Part shown: piece by piece, positions 11,586-24,055 of the stretch
How the letters are laid out: each line of letters begins with the position of its first letter
Numbering within the stretch: position 1 is the stretch's first letter
Source: Macrostomum hystrix
Taxonomy: Eukaryota; Animalia; Platyhelminthes
Length of the DNA stretch: 64,000 nucleotides
NCBI GenBank assembly: GCA_950097015.1
Contig: CATNEN010000038.1
Location: forward strand, 11,098,001 to 11,162,000
Direction: 5' to 3'
The notes under the pieces: model-generated
The model's input: the letters and a program-made list of their open reading frames with translations, nothing else
What the model was told of the DNA's origin: nothing
Database searches by the model: none
Translations under genes and position numbers: made by a program

Positions 11586-12992
11586 TTTATGGTTAGCTTT
11601 CATGCGCTGTCCATTTCGTAGCATCATTCAGTTAGACTTTATACTAACTGTATTATAAGCTGCTGTTTTCTAACGTTACGTTTTACAACTTGGACAACAA
11701 GAGTAAGTTCTAGTTACAATCAATAGTTGTCGATATTTTGCAGCCAATACTAAAAGTATATACTAAAAGTATACTAAAAGCCAATACTAAAAGTACTTAA
11801 AGTACAGGAAAATGTACACCATAATAAAACTACATGCACATGTGTGTTTGTAACATTCTTGAGAAATGGTTTTTAAGACAGTTTTTTCATTATTTTTTGC
11901 TGAATTTCTGTCTGTGGATCATGTACATATTGTTCGGACACACCATGTTCATAATGTCCATCTTTACACATTATGTTCGCACCTTTAAGTAGCTATAGGT
12001 TTTGTCATAAGGCTATTATAGGACTTAATAACTACATGATGAGAATAGCTATACGAGTATATAGCTGCGTGCGTGCGTCTAGTCCATTTTGGAATTTTCC
12101 GTTTGTTTAAGAGCGTGTACGCATGCATGTTAGTGGATAAATTTCAGGATACTTTTTACTGCACAGTGAATGAATTCCTATGCAAACGTTACGTCTCGAT
12201 GTTAGTTTAACAGCAATTAAAAATGACAGCTTTTCGTGAAAGTCCACCATTTAAATCAATATTCCGCCCTTCTATAAACATTCGTTTATGTTAAATAGGC
12301 GACTCCCTATTGGTTCAATAATAAAATAATTAGCAATAAACTCAATGCAATATAATGACAAGTATTTGCCGACATGGTTACGGGAGGAAATCGTGTGAGC
12401 AGAAAAATTATGCCGACGATGCCGATGCTTTGTTATTCATGACGTGATTCAACCATTTTTTCACGTGTTCTGCTTTTTTCATGGCGATTGGTTGGATATT
12501 TGAGGAGATACAGAAAAAAATGTATAGGTATTTTAAACCGCCCCGTGTTCGTTTTCACGGGGCGTACTGTTAAGCGATGATCCATCAACTCAGCAGAACT
12601 CAACAAAATGAAAGTGCTGTCGACTTGAACAGAAATAATGCAGCCAAACTCAAATAATCTACCTAATTTAAGGCATACATTCAATTAGGTAGTTCATATT
12701 CAGTAGCGGCAATATTACGCAATCCAGTCAAAACCGGTCACGAGGTTTACCAGGTAGATTTCCTTCACGCTCAGACCTGGGGTTGCGCTCGCTCTCTCTC
12801 TTAGCCACCAACCTCACACCGCCGGCCCCAGTTTACACATTCTGACTCTCTGGCGCGTGACAACTTCGCGCACCTATCAATGAGTATGTATATATATATG
12901 TGTGTGATTTTGTCTAGTCTATAGCTCAAAGCTCCAAATTCGTGTCTTGTCTCCTTATTATTATCAGATTAGAATAGATAGCTCAGATCGGC

Positions 12993-15900
12993 ATGACTGT
13001 ACTGGAGTGCATTCGCGAGCTGGGCTGGCTGCTTCGTCGCGGCTTCCCGATGTCTGCCACCGAGTTCTTCTACACCCTGCTGATGCCAACAACCCTGGCC
13101 TTCTGCGGCTCTCTGGGAACGGTTGATATGGACGCTGCCGGACTGGCCATCTCAGTCTATCAGCTGACTGTGGAGAATTGTGCCACATCTGTGCGCTGGG
13201 GACTCATGCCGTTCCTGGCGCAGACCATGGGCGGCACGAAGAAGCACCGCGTTGGCAACTTCGTGCAGCGCGGCCTGCTAGCCAGTGAGCTTCGGGGTTG
13301 ATCCCCCCGCTTTACAGTACCTATCCGCTCCACCTCTCCACGCTCCCTCTAAGCTCTACCTCTCCGCTCCACCTCTCCATCTCCGCTCCACCTCTCCGCT
13401 CCACCTCTTTACCCTCCCTCTCCGCTCTACCTCTCCGCTCTACATCTCCGCTCTACCTGCTCCAACTTTCTTCTCTACCTGCTGTACCTCTCCGCTCTAC
13501 CTATATACGCTCTACCACTCGTTTTACATCTCAGGTCTACCTTGTACATTAATTAAATGTTGAATAACCATTGAAAAAACATGGAGTAAAATTGAACATT
13601 GAACCACAATCGCAGGTCTATTATTCACCTGCGTCAACTGGGCGGTGGCCATGAACTCAGCCAATCTGCTCATCCTGCTCGGCCAGGATCCGGTGATCTC
13701 TGTGAAATCCGAGCGCTTCCTTCTCATCCTGATGCCCGGCTGTCTTGGCATGAACCTTTGCGAGGCGCTGGTTGCCTACACTGACACCGTTGGTTACCTT
13801 TGGCCAACGTTGGTCGTCCGTTGCGTCTCACTCCTGTTGAACATCCTGCTGCAGTACTGCCTGGTACTGCTCGGCGGCTTTGGCCTTGTTGGATCCGCTG
13901 TTGCACTGTCAGCCAGCCTGACCATCTGCCCGCTGATGCAGGTGACGGATGATATTTTTAGTCTGCCTAGATCCCATAGATTTCTAAAAATACCATAGAC
14001 TCTCTAGATCCCATAGACCAGGGGTCGGCAAACTTACTAGCTAGCGGGCCAAAGAGAGAACCTAAAAGACGACAGCGGGCCGCATTGACTGTAGAAATAT
14101 GAGATAGGGGGAAGAGATGAGACAGAATAGATAAGACACACTAGAAATTAGACACAGGAGAGACGAGACCGAGGAGAGATGAGACACAGGAGAGACGAGA
14201 CCGAGGAGAGATGAGACACAGGAGAGACGAGACCGAGGAGAGATGAGACACAGGAGAGATGAGAGACGGGAGAGATAAGACAGGGGAAAGATAAAACAGT
14301 ATACTGTAGGTGTCGGAAGGAGCAACGGGCCTGATTTGGGAGCTTCGAGGGCCGCATCTGGCCCGCGGGCCGGAGTTTGCCGACCCCTGCCATAGACTGT
14401 CTAAAAAATACCATAGACTGTCTAAAAAATACCATAGACTGTCTAAAAATACCATAGACTGTCTAGATCCAATAGACAGTCTAAAAATACCATAGACTGT
14501 CTAGATCCCAAAAACGGTCTAAATCACGTAAACTGTCTAGATCCCATAAATATATTGACTCCTTGATTAAAATGTAACAGTGGCAAGATATGTAGATTTC
14601 AGCTTCTGAATAAATTAACGGTAATTCATGATGCACTGTAGAGGTAGTTTATTGTGTTTGAAACGCTGTTAAAATGTTTACATAATGACCCGCAGGCAAT
14701 GTTCATCTGGTGCCTGCGCATCCATCGCTACACCTGGGCTGGCTGGTCCGCCAGGGCCTTCATGGACTGGGGCAAATTTCTGCTCACAGTCCTGCCCTGC
14801 CTCATCACCCAGACTCTGTGGATCTTTGGCACTGAGTACGGAAACTTCTTGGCCGGCCTGATGGGCAAAGCTGAGATTGCGGCCGAGTCTGTGGTCTTCC
14901 AGCTCAACCAGCTGGCCTACCTCATCCCGATTGGCATCGGCAGCGCCTTGATTGCCCGCATCGGATTCTACCTGGGCAGTCAGCAGGCCGACAAAGCCAT
15001 CCGGGTTCTGGCTACCAGCTTGGTCTTCATGATTGGCATGGGAGCCATGGTCGGCATTGTATTCTTCCTGCTCAGGCATCAGGTCTGGCTTGTCAGTCTA
15101 GCTCTGTCACTCTAGCACTGTCACTCAGCTCTGTCACTCTAGCACTGTCACTCAGCTCTGTCACTCTAGCTCTGTCACTCAGCTCTGTCACTCTAGCTCT
15201 GTCACTCAGCTCTGTCACTCAGCTCTATCACTCAGCTCTGTCACTCTAGCTCTGTCACTCAGCTCTGTCACTCTAGCTCTGTCACTCAGCTATGTCACTC
15301 TAGCTCTGTCACTCTAGCCCTGTCACTCTAGCTGTCACTCAGCTCTGTCACTCAGCTCTGTCACTCAGCTCTGTCACTCTAGCTCTGTCACTCTAGCTGT
15401 CACTCTAGCTCTGTCACTCTAGCTGTCAGTCTAGCTCTGTCACTCAGCTCTGTCACTCTAGCTCTGTCACTCAGCTTTGTCACTCTAGCTCTGTCACTCA
15501 GCTCTGTCACTCAGCTCTGTCACTCTAGCTCTGTCACTCAGCTCTGTCACTCAGCTCTGTCACTCTAGCTCTGTCACTCAGCTCTGTCACTCAGCTCTGT
15601 CACTCAGCTCTATCACTCAGCTCTGTCACTCTAGCTCTGTCACTCTAGCCCTGTCACTCTAGCTGTCACTCAGCTCTGTCACTCAGCTCTGTCACTCAGC
15701 TCTGTCACTCTAGCTCTGTCACTCTAGCTGTCACTCTAGCTCTGTCACTCTAGCTGTCAGTCTAGCTCTGTCACTATATTTTTTCTATCTTAAATCTTGT
15801 CACTCATCAATCTTGTCACTCTTCAATCTTTTCACTCTAAAATCTTGTCACTCTTTAATCTTATCACTCCTAAAACTTGTCACTCCAAAATCTTATCACT

Positions 15901-16844
15901 CCAAAATCTTATCACTCCAAAATCTTGTCACTCCTAAAACTTGTCACTCCTAAAACTTGTCACTCCTAAAACTTGTCACTCCTAAAACTTGTCACTCCTA
16001 AATCTTGTCACTCCTAAATCTTGTCACTCTTAAATCTTGTCACTCCTAAATCTTGTCACTCCTAAAACTTTTCACTCTAAAATAGGCACTCTAAAATCGT
16101 GTCACTCCTTAATTTTGTCCCTCTAATCAAGAAAAGCGTCATCCACTCCAGGTGCCGAAGATTTTTTCCCTGGAACCGGCCGCCGAAGCGATTTACATCA
16201 GCCTGGCTCCCTACCTGTCAATCTACACGGCCTTTCAACTTGCCGCCTATCCAAGCATCGCCGCACTGCGCGCCTGCAGCTACCACATGCACCTGCTGTT
16301 CATGAACTTCATCGCTTATTACATCGTCAGCATGCCAATCGGAGTCAGCTTGGCCTTCGCAGCCGGCTGGCAGCTCAACGGACTCTGGCTCGGCTTCGTC
16401 CTCGCCTCTTTCACCTTCTTTGCCTTGCCATCGCTGTACATGCTCCGGCTTGACTGGCACCGCAAGGCCATGGACGCTCACGCCAACGCCGAGATGGAGA
16501 CAGACATGGAGCTGCTGAATGAGCGCCAGCCACTCATGCTGGCCGCGGCCGCCACCTCCGCCGCCACCGCCGGCAACCTTCAGCCCGGCTCGATGGCCTC
16601 CTGTCAGATGAGCGCCTCGGTCAGCCTGCGACAGCGAAACGCCGTCCGCTCCAAGCTGCCAGTCCTGCTGGCCGCCGCCTCATTGCTTCTGGCCTCCTTA
16701 TTCCTGCGACTACTGCTGCCGCCCCGCCTGCCGGCCTTTCCTCCGCGTCACCATGGCAACAGCAGCGACTCGGCCAGGACCACCGCCAGCGCCACCATGA
16801 ATGCCGCACTGCTGATGGTTAACGCCACCGCCGCCTGGCTTTGA
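12993..16844 (+). CDS. SLC47A: MATE family (SLC47A-like) transporter. Exons 12993-13284, 13616-13941, 14696-15082 and 16152-16844, 565 aa.
   Basis: Multiple TM helices with eukaryotic MATE motifs (GSLGTVDMDAAGLAIS, AQTMGGTKKHRVGNFVQRG, TWAGWS.RAFMDWGKFL, IPIGIGSALIARIGFYLG, YYIVSMPIGVSLAF...LNGLWLG, RLDW) plus a 13th C-terminal TM as in vertebrate MATE1. All three introns are GT-AG and keep frame (phases 1,0,0; total 1698 nt). Confidence 0.92.
13318..13520. repeat. 13-nt C/T-rich minisatellite (CTCCACCTCTCCG) in MATE intron 1
   Basis: Direct read. Confidence 0.8.
14019..14389. mobile_element. hAT (Charlie/Buster-like) MITE copy 1, 371 bp, in MATE intron 2
   Basis: TIRs CAGGGGTCGGCAAACT / AGTTTGCCGACCCCTG. 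8-bp TSD CCATAGAC at 14011-14018 and 14390-14397 (central TA). Subterminal GGCCCGCGGGCC motifs and an internal GAGATGAGACAC repeat. Confidence 0.92.
14390..14550. repeat. ~20-21-nt minisatellite (CCATAGACTGTCTAAAAAATA), interrupted by the MITE; left part at 13958-14018
   Basis: Direct read. Confidence 0.8.
15090..16110. repeat. 13/14-nt minisatellite (AGCTCTGTCACTC[T]) grading into a diverged ~16-17-nt AAATCTTGTCACTCCT array; fills MATE intron 3
   Basis: Direct read; both parts share a TGTCACTC core. Confidence 0.93.
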
Positions 16845-16910
16845 ATGGGAAAATAGAAGAATTAGATGTTTGTGTGCACGGCTTCAGAGCTTCTTTAGCT
16901 CGAGAGTTTC

Positions 16911-17870
16911 CCAATCTCTACCCCTACCTGAGTCTCTCTACCACTCCCTGAGTCTCTCTACCCCTACCTAAGTCTCTCTACCCCTACCTGAGTCTCTCTA
17001 CCCCTACCTGAGTCTCACAACCTCTTCCTGAGTCTCTCTACCACTCCCTGAGTCTCTCTACCCCTACCCAAGTCTCTCTACCCCTACCTGAGTCTCTCTA
17101 CCCCTACCTGAGTCTCACAACCTCTTCCTGAGTCTCACAACCTCTTCCTGAGTCTCACAACCTCTTCCTGAGTCTCTCTACCACTCCCTGAGTCTCTCTA
17201 CCACTCCCTGAGTCTCTCTACCACTCCCTGAGTCTCACAACCTCTTCCTGAGTCTCACAACCTCTTCCTGAGTCTCTCTACCACTCCCTGAGTCTCACAA
17301 CCTCTTCCTGAGTCTCTCTACCACTCCCTGAGTCTCTCTACCACTCCCTGAGTCTCTCTACCCCTACCTGAGTCTCTCTACCACTCCCTGAGTCTCACAA
17401 CCTCTTCCTGAGTCTCTCTACCACTCCCTGAGTCTCACAACCTCTTCCTGAGTCTCTCTAACACTCCCTGAGTCTCACAACCTCTTCCTGAGTCTCTCTA
17501 CCACTCCCTGAGTCTCACAACCTCTTCCTGAGTCTCTCTACCACTCCCTGAGTCTCACAACCTCTTCCTGAGTCTCACAACCTCTTCCTGAGTCTCACAA
17601 CCTCTTCCTGAGTCTCACAACCTCTTCCTGAGTCTCACAACCTCTTCCTGAGTCTCACAACCTCTTCCTGAGTCTCACAACCTCTTCCTGAGTCTCACAA
17701 CCTCTTCCTGAGTCTCTCTACCACTCCCTGAGTCTCACAACCTCTTCCTGAGTCTCACAACCTCTTCCTGAGTCTCACAACCTCTCCCTGAGTCTCTCTA
17801 TCTCTCCCTGAATCTCTCAAATTCACTCTGAGTCTCTCTAGTTCTTGTTGAGTCTCTTCTTTCCCTGAGC
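16911..17870. repeat. 20-nt minisatellite (CCTGAGTCTCTCTACCACTC / CCTGAGTCTCACAACCTCTT)
   Basis: Direct read; same family as 20761-21958. Confidence 0.95.
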
Positions 17871-18392
17871 CTCTTTTCCTCGCCTGAGTCGCTCTTAGTC
17901 TGTGTACAGCTTCCAAGAAATGTGCCGTGCTAGAAGGTTACACATACTTCGCTTAGCAATCCGTGTCTTGTTTTTATTAATCCTGTGAAATCCAGTAATA
18001 TTTTAGTCATTGTGCCATTATGATCTGGCTTTATTGTTTTATGAGAATCCATGATTTTATTATATTAAATCTATTTTAACCCAATTGTTGCATAATTTTA
18101 GCCTCCGACTCTATTGCTCGTAATATTGAAATGATCGATGGAGAATTGAACGAATAAAACAAATAAAAACCGGATCGCAGTTGTGAATTGGTCGAAATTT
18201 CTCTAGCTTGACACCATCTCTGAAATTTTTTAAGATCGACACGTAAGAGTCTTTGTTTATGCTAAATGACAAAACTTATAAAATGCTTTTATTGCTACTC
18301 ATAGGACCAAATCAGTAGTTTAATGAGGTTCACATTTTCTTCTTATTTTCTTGTTCACACTCATAATCTAAAATATTTATTGTAACATTGAA

Positions 18393-18792
18393 ATGAGACA
18401 CGGGAGAGAGATGAGACACCGGAGAGACACCGGAGAGATATGAGACACCGGAGAGACACCGGAGAGAAATGAGACACCGGAGAGAAATGAGACACCGGAG
18501 AGACACCGGAGAGAGATGAGACACCGGAGAGACACCGGAGAGAGATGAGACACCGGAGAGACACCGGAGAGACACCGGAGAGAGATGAGACACCGGAGAG
18601 AGATGAGACACCGGAGAGAGATGAGACACGGGAGAGGTATGAGACACCGGAGAGAGATGAGACACCGGAGAGAGATGAGACACCGGAGAGAGATGAGACA
18701 CGGGAGAGGTATGAGACACCGGAGAGAGATGAGACACCGGAGAGAGATGAGACACCGGAGAGACACCGGAGAGAGATGAGACACCGGAGAGA
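18393..18792. repeat. 18/11-nt minisatellite (GAGATGAGACACCGGAGA)
   Basis: Direct read; unit resembles the internal repeat of the hAT MITE. Confidence 0.93.
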
Positions 18793-18892
18793 TACGACGA
18801 GATCAAATACGTAAGAACCCCGGTTCGTCTATAGCTTCTCAAAAGACTGTAAATTTCTGTGCTCGAATCAGTTTTTTTCATTTAGTTCTATG

Positions 18893-18927
18893 CACAGATA
18901 ATATATAACTGTTATATATTATCTGTG
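18893..18927. mobile_element. 35-bp TIR-only palindromic element with 8-bp TSD (P-superfamily-like end)
   Basis: CACAGATAATATATAAC-T-GTTATATATTATCTGTG is a perfect 17-bp inverted repeat. GTTCTATG flanks it at 18885-18892 and 18928-18935. Confidence 0.8.
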
Positions 18928-19779
18928 GTTCTATGTAAGTTAGATTTCAAATTACTATGTTTAAATTTTCTGAAATTCTACAAATTTTAAGGTCACAGCG
19001 AGCTCGACCCGCATATGCACATATTTCCGTGTCTTCATCGTTCCAACACAAATATCCGAGAAACAGCAGCTCAGTCCAGATCACCAGTTGGCGTGACTAA
19101 ATTTATTCCGTGGCGGTAGAGCAGCAACAGCAGCAGCAGCAGCTGCTACAGCAGCAGCAAAGCCTCCGAGTATATCTTGCTCATTTGAGCAGTGATCGGA
19201 TCTATAAAAAAACGGCCCCTATAAATGGTTAAATCTAAGCGCGGTGCGCGAATTTTCGGATTTGAGTCCAATTTGAGCTAATTTAGGCGGGTTGACCATT
19301 TTTTCCTCTCCGCCCTCCTCTTTCTTTTGGGATTAAACACGGCGCTGGGAAGTGAGCGTCCGCAAGGAATTCGTGGAAGATCTCCTGCACCTTTCTGAAT
19401 CCCAAATGCGCCTCAACTTTTTTGTGCTAAACCCTGGTCCGCCCGCCCGCCTGTCTGTCTGTCTGTTACCTTTTCTAGCTCGCAGTCTTCTCAGAAGAGG
19501 ATCTTGGGAGGGACATTAATACGACGTGGCACGCGACAAAACCCAGTATTAGTTGCTTTCGGATTTTTCTTGTTTCAAAACTTTTTTTCTTTACCTGCTG
19601 CGAATCAGCCCGGGTGCAGTTTCTGGTGCTGAAGAATATCGATTTGAAATTCGCGCGAAATTTCTTTGTTTAAATGCGACAGATTTTTCGGCCGGCAAGC
19701 TGAATAAAGCAATGTTTTATCTGTGGCATTCAGACTCAAGCTTATCAGCTTTAATAGCTTTCGTGGCTCCCATGTGTGC

Positions 19780-20185
19780 CATAGATTTAGTACTCCAGGT
19801 TTAGTTCTATATATTTAGGACTCCAGGTTTAGTTCTATATATTTAGGTCTTTAAGTTTAGTGCCATAGATTTTGGTCGCAATGTTTAGCTCCATAGATAT
19901 AGGTCTCTAGGTTTTGCTCTATTGATTTAGGTCTCTAGGTTTAGTTCTAAGGATTTAGGTCTCTAGGTTTAGTTCTATAGATTTAGGTCTCTAGGTTTAG
20001 TTCTATTGATTTAGGTCTCTAGGTTTAGTTCTATGGATTTAGGTCTCTAGGTTTTGTTCCATGGATTTAGGTCTCTAGGTTTAGTACTATTGATTTAGGT
20101 CTCTAGGTTTAAATATGTATATTTAGGTCTCTAGCATTAGATCTACAGATTTAGGTCTCTAGGTTTAGTTTTTTAGATTCAGGTA
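19780..20185. repeat. 25-nt minisatellite (GATTTAGGTCTCTAGGTTTAGTTCT-like)
   Basis: Direct read. Confidence 0.88.
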
Positions 20186-20760
20186 ATTTGTTAGTTCTGC
20201 AGTTTAGGTCTTTCTGTTCAGGTATTCAATTATTGGAGTTTGCTGTTACATTACAATATTTCAAATAATGTATTTTTTGTCATTTGGCCACTTTAATCTT
20301 TCCTGTTTTCAAGACTTTTGTCATCCTTCTGAATAGCTTTAGTCTGTTCAAGTTTGTTCAGATCAAAATGCGGGCCAGTGTGACGTCAGTACGCGATTCC
20401 TGGCACTTTTAGCCCGCGGGCAAGCCTCACTCCATTAACGCAAATACGTTTAGAACAATCTTTGAATTTTATTATTGTACCTCTTTTCTGTTTTTGTTTT
20501 TGTCGTATTTTTTAACAGTCAGTCAAATACGCACGTGCCTTCATGAGTTGATAAAGTGGTCACTTTAGAAAACTGATTTGTACAATTGATAGTGAATTCG
20601 TAATCCACTTGGTCCGTAAGCTATCTGCTGGTGCCTGTATTTCTGTGACAGATTTTTTTAATTTAAACTTTTTTTGCTTCCTTAGCAAAAACTCACCTGG
20701 TTTTCCCTCAAACTGTGGTGTTCTCAACTCTTACAAAACTATGTTTCAGTCTGTCTACCT

Positions 20761-21958
20761 CTCATTGAGTCTCTCTTCCACTCCCTGAGTCTCTCTTCCA
20801 CTCCCTGAGTCTCTCTTCCACTCCCTGAGTCTCTCTTCCACTCCCTGAGTCTCTCTTCCACTCCCTGAGTCTCTCTTCCACTCACTGAGTCTCTCTTCCA
20901 CTTACTGAGTCTCTCTTCCACTCACTGAGTCTCTCTTCTACTCACTGAGTCTCTCTTCTACTCACTGAGTCTCTCTTCCGCTCCCTGAGTCTCTCAACCT
21001 CTCCCTGAGTCTCTCTTCCGCTCCCTGAGTCTCTCAACCTCTCCCTGAGTCTCTCTTCCGCTCCCTGAGTCTCTCAACCTCTCCCTGAGTCTCTCTTCTA
21101 CTCACTGAGTCTCTCTTCCGCTCCCTGAGTCTCTCAACCTCTCCCTGAGTCTCTCTTCCACTCCCTGAGTCTCTCTTCCACTCCCTGAGTCTCTCTTCCA
21201 CTTAATGAATCTCTCTTTCGCTCCCTGAGTCTATCAACCTCTCCCTGAGTCTCTCAACCACTCACTGAGTCTCTCTTCTACTCACTGAGTCTCTCTTCCG
21301 CTCCCTGAGTCTCTCAACCTCTCCCTGAGTCTCTCAACCACTCCCTGAGTCTCTCTACCTCTCCCTGAGTCTCTCTTCCACTTAATGAGTCTCTCTTCCG
21401 CTCCCTGAGTCTCTCAACCTCTCCCTGAGTCTCTCAACCACTCACTGAGTCTCTCTTCTACTCACTGAGTCTCTCTTCCGCTCCCTGAGTCTCTCAACCA
21501 CTCCCTGAGTCTCTCAACCACTCCCTGAGTCTCTCAACCACTCACTGAGTCTCTCTTTCGCTCCCTGAGTCTATCAACCTCTCCCTGAGTCTCTCAACCA
21601 CTCCCTGAGTCTCTCAACCACTCACTGAGTCTCTCTTCTACTCACTGAGTCTCTCTTCCGCTCCCTGAGTCTCTCAACCACTCCCTGAGTCTCTCAACCA
21701 CTCCCTGAGTCTCTCAACCACTCACTGAGTCTCTCTTTCGCTCCCTGAGTCTATCAACCTCTCCCTGAGTCTCTCAACCACTCCCTGAGTCTCTCAACCA
21801 CTCACTGAGTCTCTCTTCCACTCCCTGACTCTCTCAACCTACCCCCGAGTCTCTGCTATCTTTCCCTGAGTCTCTCTTCCACTCCCTGAGTCTCTCTTCC
21901 ACTCCCTGAGTCTCTCTTCCACTCCCTGAGTCTCTCTTCCACTCCCTGAGTCTCTCAT
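20761..21958. repeat. 20-nt minisatellite (CTCCCTGAGTCTCTCTTCCA / ...CAACCT)
   Basis: Direct read. Confidence 0.95.
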
Positions 21959-22954
21959 TCTGTCTCTATATCTCTAATATTTTTCGAGACATTGAGATAT
22001 CCTCGCCTTTTGCTCTATTGCTAAGTTTTGAATGTACGAGTATATTTACATGTACCAAACTAGCAAACCTGAAAAACAAGTTCAGATGATTGCTGTGTTC
22101 TCAAAACCTTTCTAAATCTCAGTTTTTTAATCTCAACTCTACAACACATCTTGTGCCAAAAAAGTAAAATCTCAACATGACAACAGGGTCAAGCATGCAG
22201 TTTACTGTAAACAAAATCTAACCCACATCCTTCCCTGATGAGATTTAAACAAAATCTAACATGTTACTGGTATCTGGCCCCACATTCCCTCTAGGACAAC
22301 CGTTACGATCCCCTAACCTCATCACAATGACCCGTAAGTTGGTACTGCTCCATGCTTTGTCCCTTTTACCACACTCCCACAGCAATCACTCCTCTATGGC
22401 CTAGCAACTAAAACTGCAACAACAGACTTCTATGACAGACAAAAAATAAATGAATGCAATTTTTGCTCAAGGGAATTTCATTGTTGTTGTTCCACCGCTT
22501 TCACCTGCATATTTCTAACATTTCTTTTGTAATCGCTTTTTTACCTCTGCATGGGATAGATTAAATTATGATACGGAACCAGAATCGTCATAGATTAATT
22601 ATGCATCGCTATTAGACAATTCAATCTAATATCTTTTATTATTCTTTAACAGAAAAAATTGCTTTTGATAGCTGTCAGAAAAAAACTGAATTTTGACATT
22701 CGTCTCCACCCACCGCCTTGTTCTTGACTGCCCAAGGGGTGCAGCGAGCGAGTCAAGAGATAAATACAGAATTCAAATAAAAACTATCTGATAAACTCAT
22801 GATCTAGATGACGATGATAGAGATAGACGACCTGCGCCTGTGGCTATATTCTTTTCAATTTTGAACTCATTTGAGAAGCTAAAGCGGTAACAGTTGAGTA
22901 ACAATTCAAACTTTGGGGTCGGCCTTGCTAACCCAACCTAACAACTCAAATATA

Positions 22955-24055
22955 CCCGTGTCACCCTCCCCTGTCCCATCTCATCTATACAGTGTCTCAT
23001 CTCTCCCCTGTCCCATCTCATCTATACAGTGTCTCATCTCTCCCCTGTCCCATCTCATCTATACAGTGTCTCATCTCTCCCCTGTCCCATCTCATCTATA
23101 CAGTGTCTCATCTCTCCCCTGTCCCATCTCATCTATACAGTGTCTCATCTCTCCCCTGTCCCATCTCATCTCTACATTGTCTCATCTCTCCCCTGTCCCA
23201 TCTCATCTCTACATTGTCTCATCTCTCCCCTGTCCAATCTCATCTCTACATTGTCTCATCTCTCCCCTGTCCCATCTCATCTCTACATTGTCTCATCTCT
23301 CCCCTGTCCCATCTCATCTCTACATTGTCTCATCTCTCCCCTGTCCCATCTCATCTCTAAATTGTCTCATCTCTCCCCTGTCCCATCTCATCTCTCCCGT
23401 GTCTCATCTCTCCCGTGCCTCATCTCTCCCGTGTCTCATCTTACCCGTGTCTCATCTCTCCCGTGTCTAATCTCTCCCGTGTCTCATCTCTCCCGTGTCT
23501 CATCTCTCCCGTGCCTCATCTCTCCCGTGTTTCATCTGTTCCGTGTCTCATCTCTCCCGTGTTTCATCTGTTCCGTGTCTCATCTCTCCCATGCCTCATC
23601 TCCCCCCGTGTCTCATCTCTCCCGTGTCTCATCTCTCCCGTGCCTCATCTCTCCCGTGTCTCATCTCTCCCTTGTATCATCTCTCCCTTGTATCATCTCT
23701 CCCGTGTTTTATCTTTCTCCCGTGTCTCATCTCTCCCTTGTATCATCTCTCCCTTGTATCATCTCTCCCGTGTTTTATCTTTCTCCCGTATCTCATCTCT
23801 CCCGTGTCTCATCTCTCCCTTGTATCATCTCTCCCTTGTATCATCTCTCCCGTGTTTTATCTTTCTCCCGTGTCTCATCTCTCCCTTGTATCATCTCTCC
23901 TTTGTATCATCTCTCCCGTGTTTTATCTTTCTCCCGTGTCTCATCTCTCCCTTGTATCATCTCTCCCATGCCTCATCTCTCCCGTGTCTCACCTCTCTCC
24001 CGTGTTTCATCTTTCTCCCGTGTCTCATCTCTTTCCTGTGTCTCATCTCTCCCCA
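22955..24055. repeat. 37-nt then 16-nt TCTCATCTCTCCCGTG-family minisatellite
   Basis: Direct read; the 16-mer matches the hAT MITE internal unit. Confidence 0.93.

Noticed and set aside
12539-12564. GC hairpin CGCCCCGTG-N8-CACGGGGCG as a Helitron 3' end or terminator
   Set aside because: No CTRR terminus at the expected distance, and intrinsic terminators do not apply in this eukaryotic context
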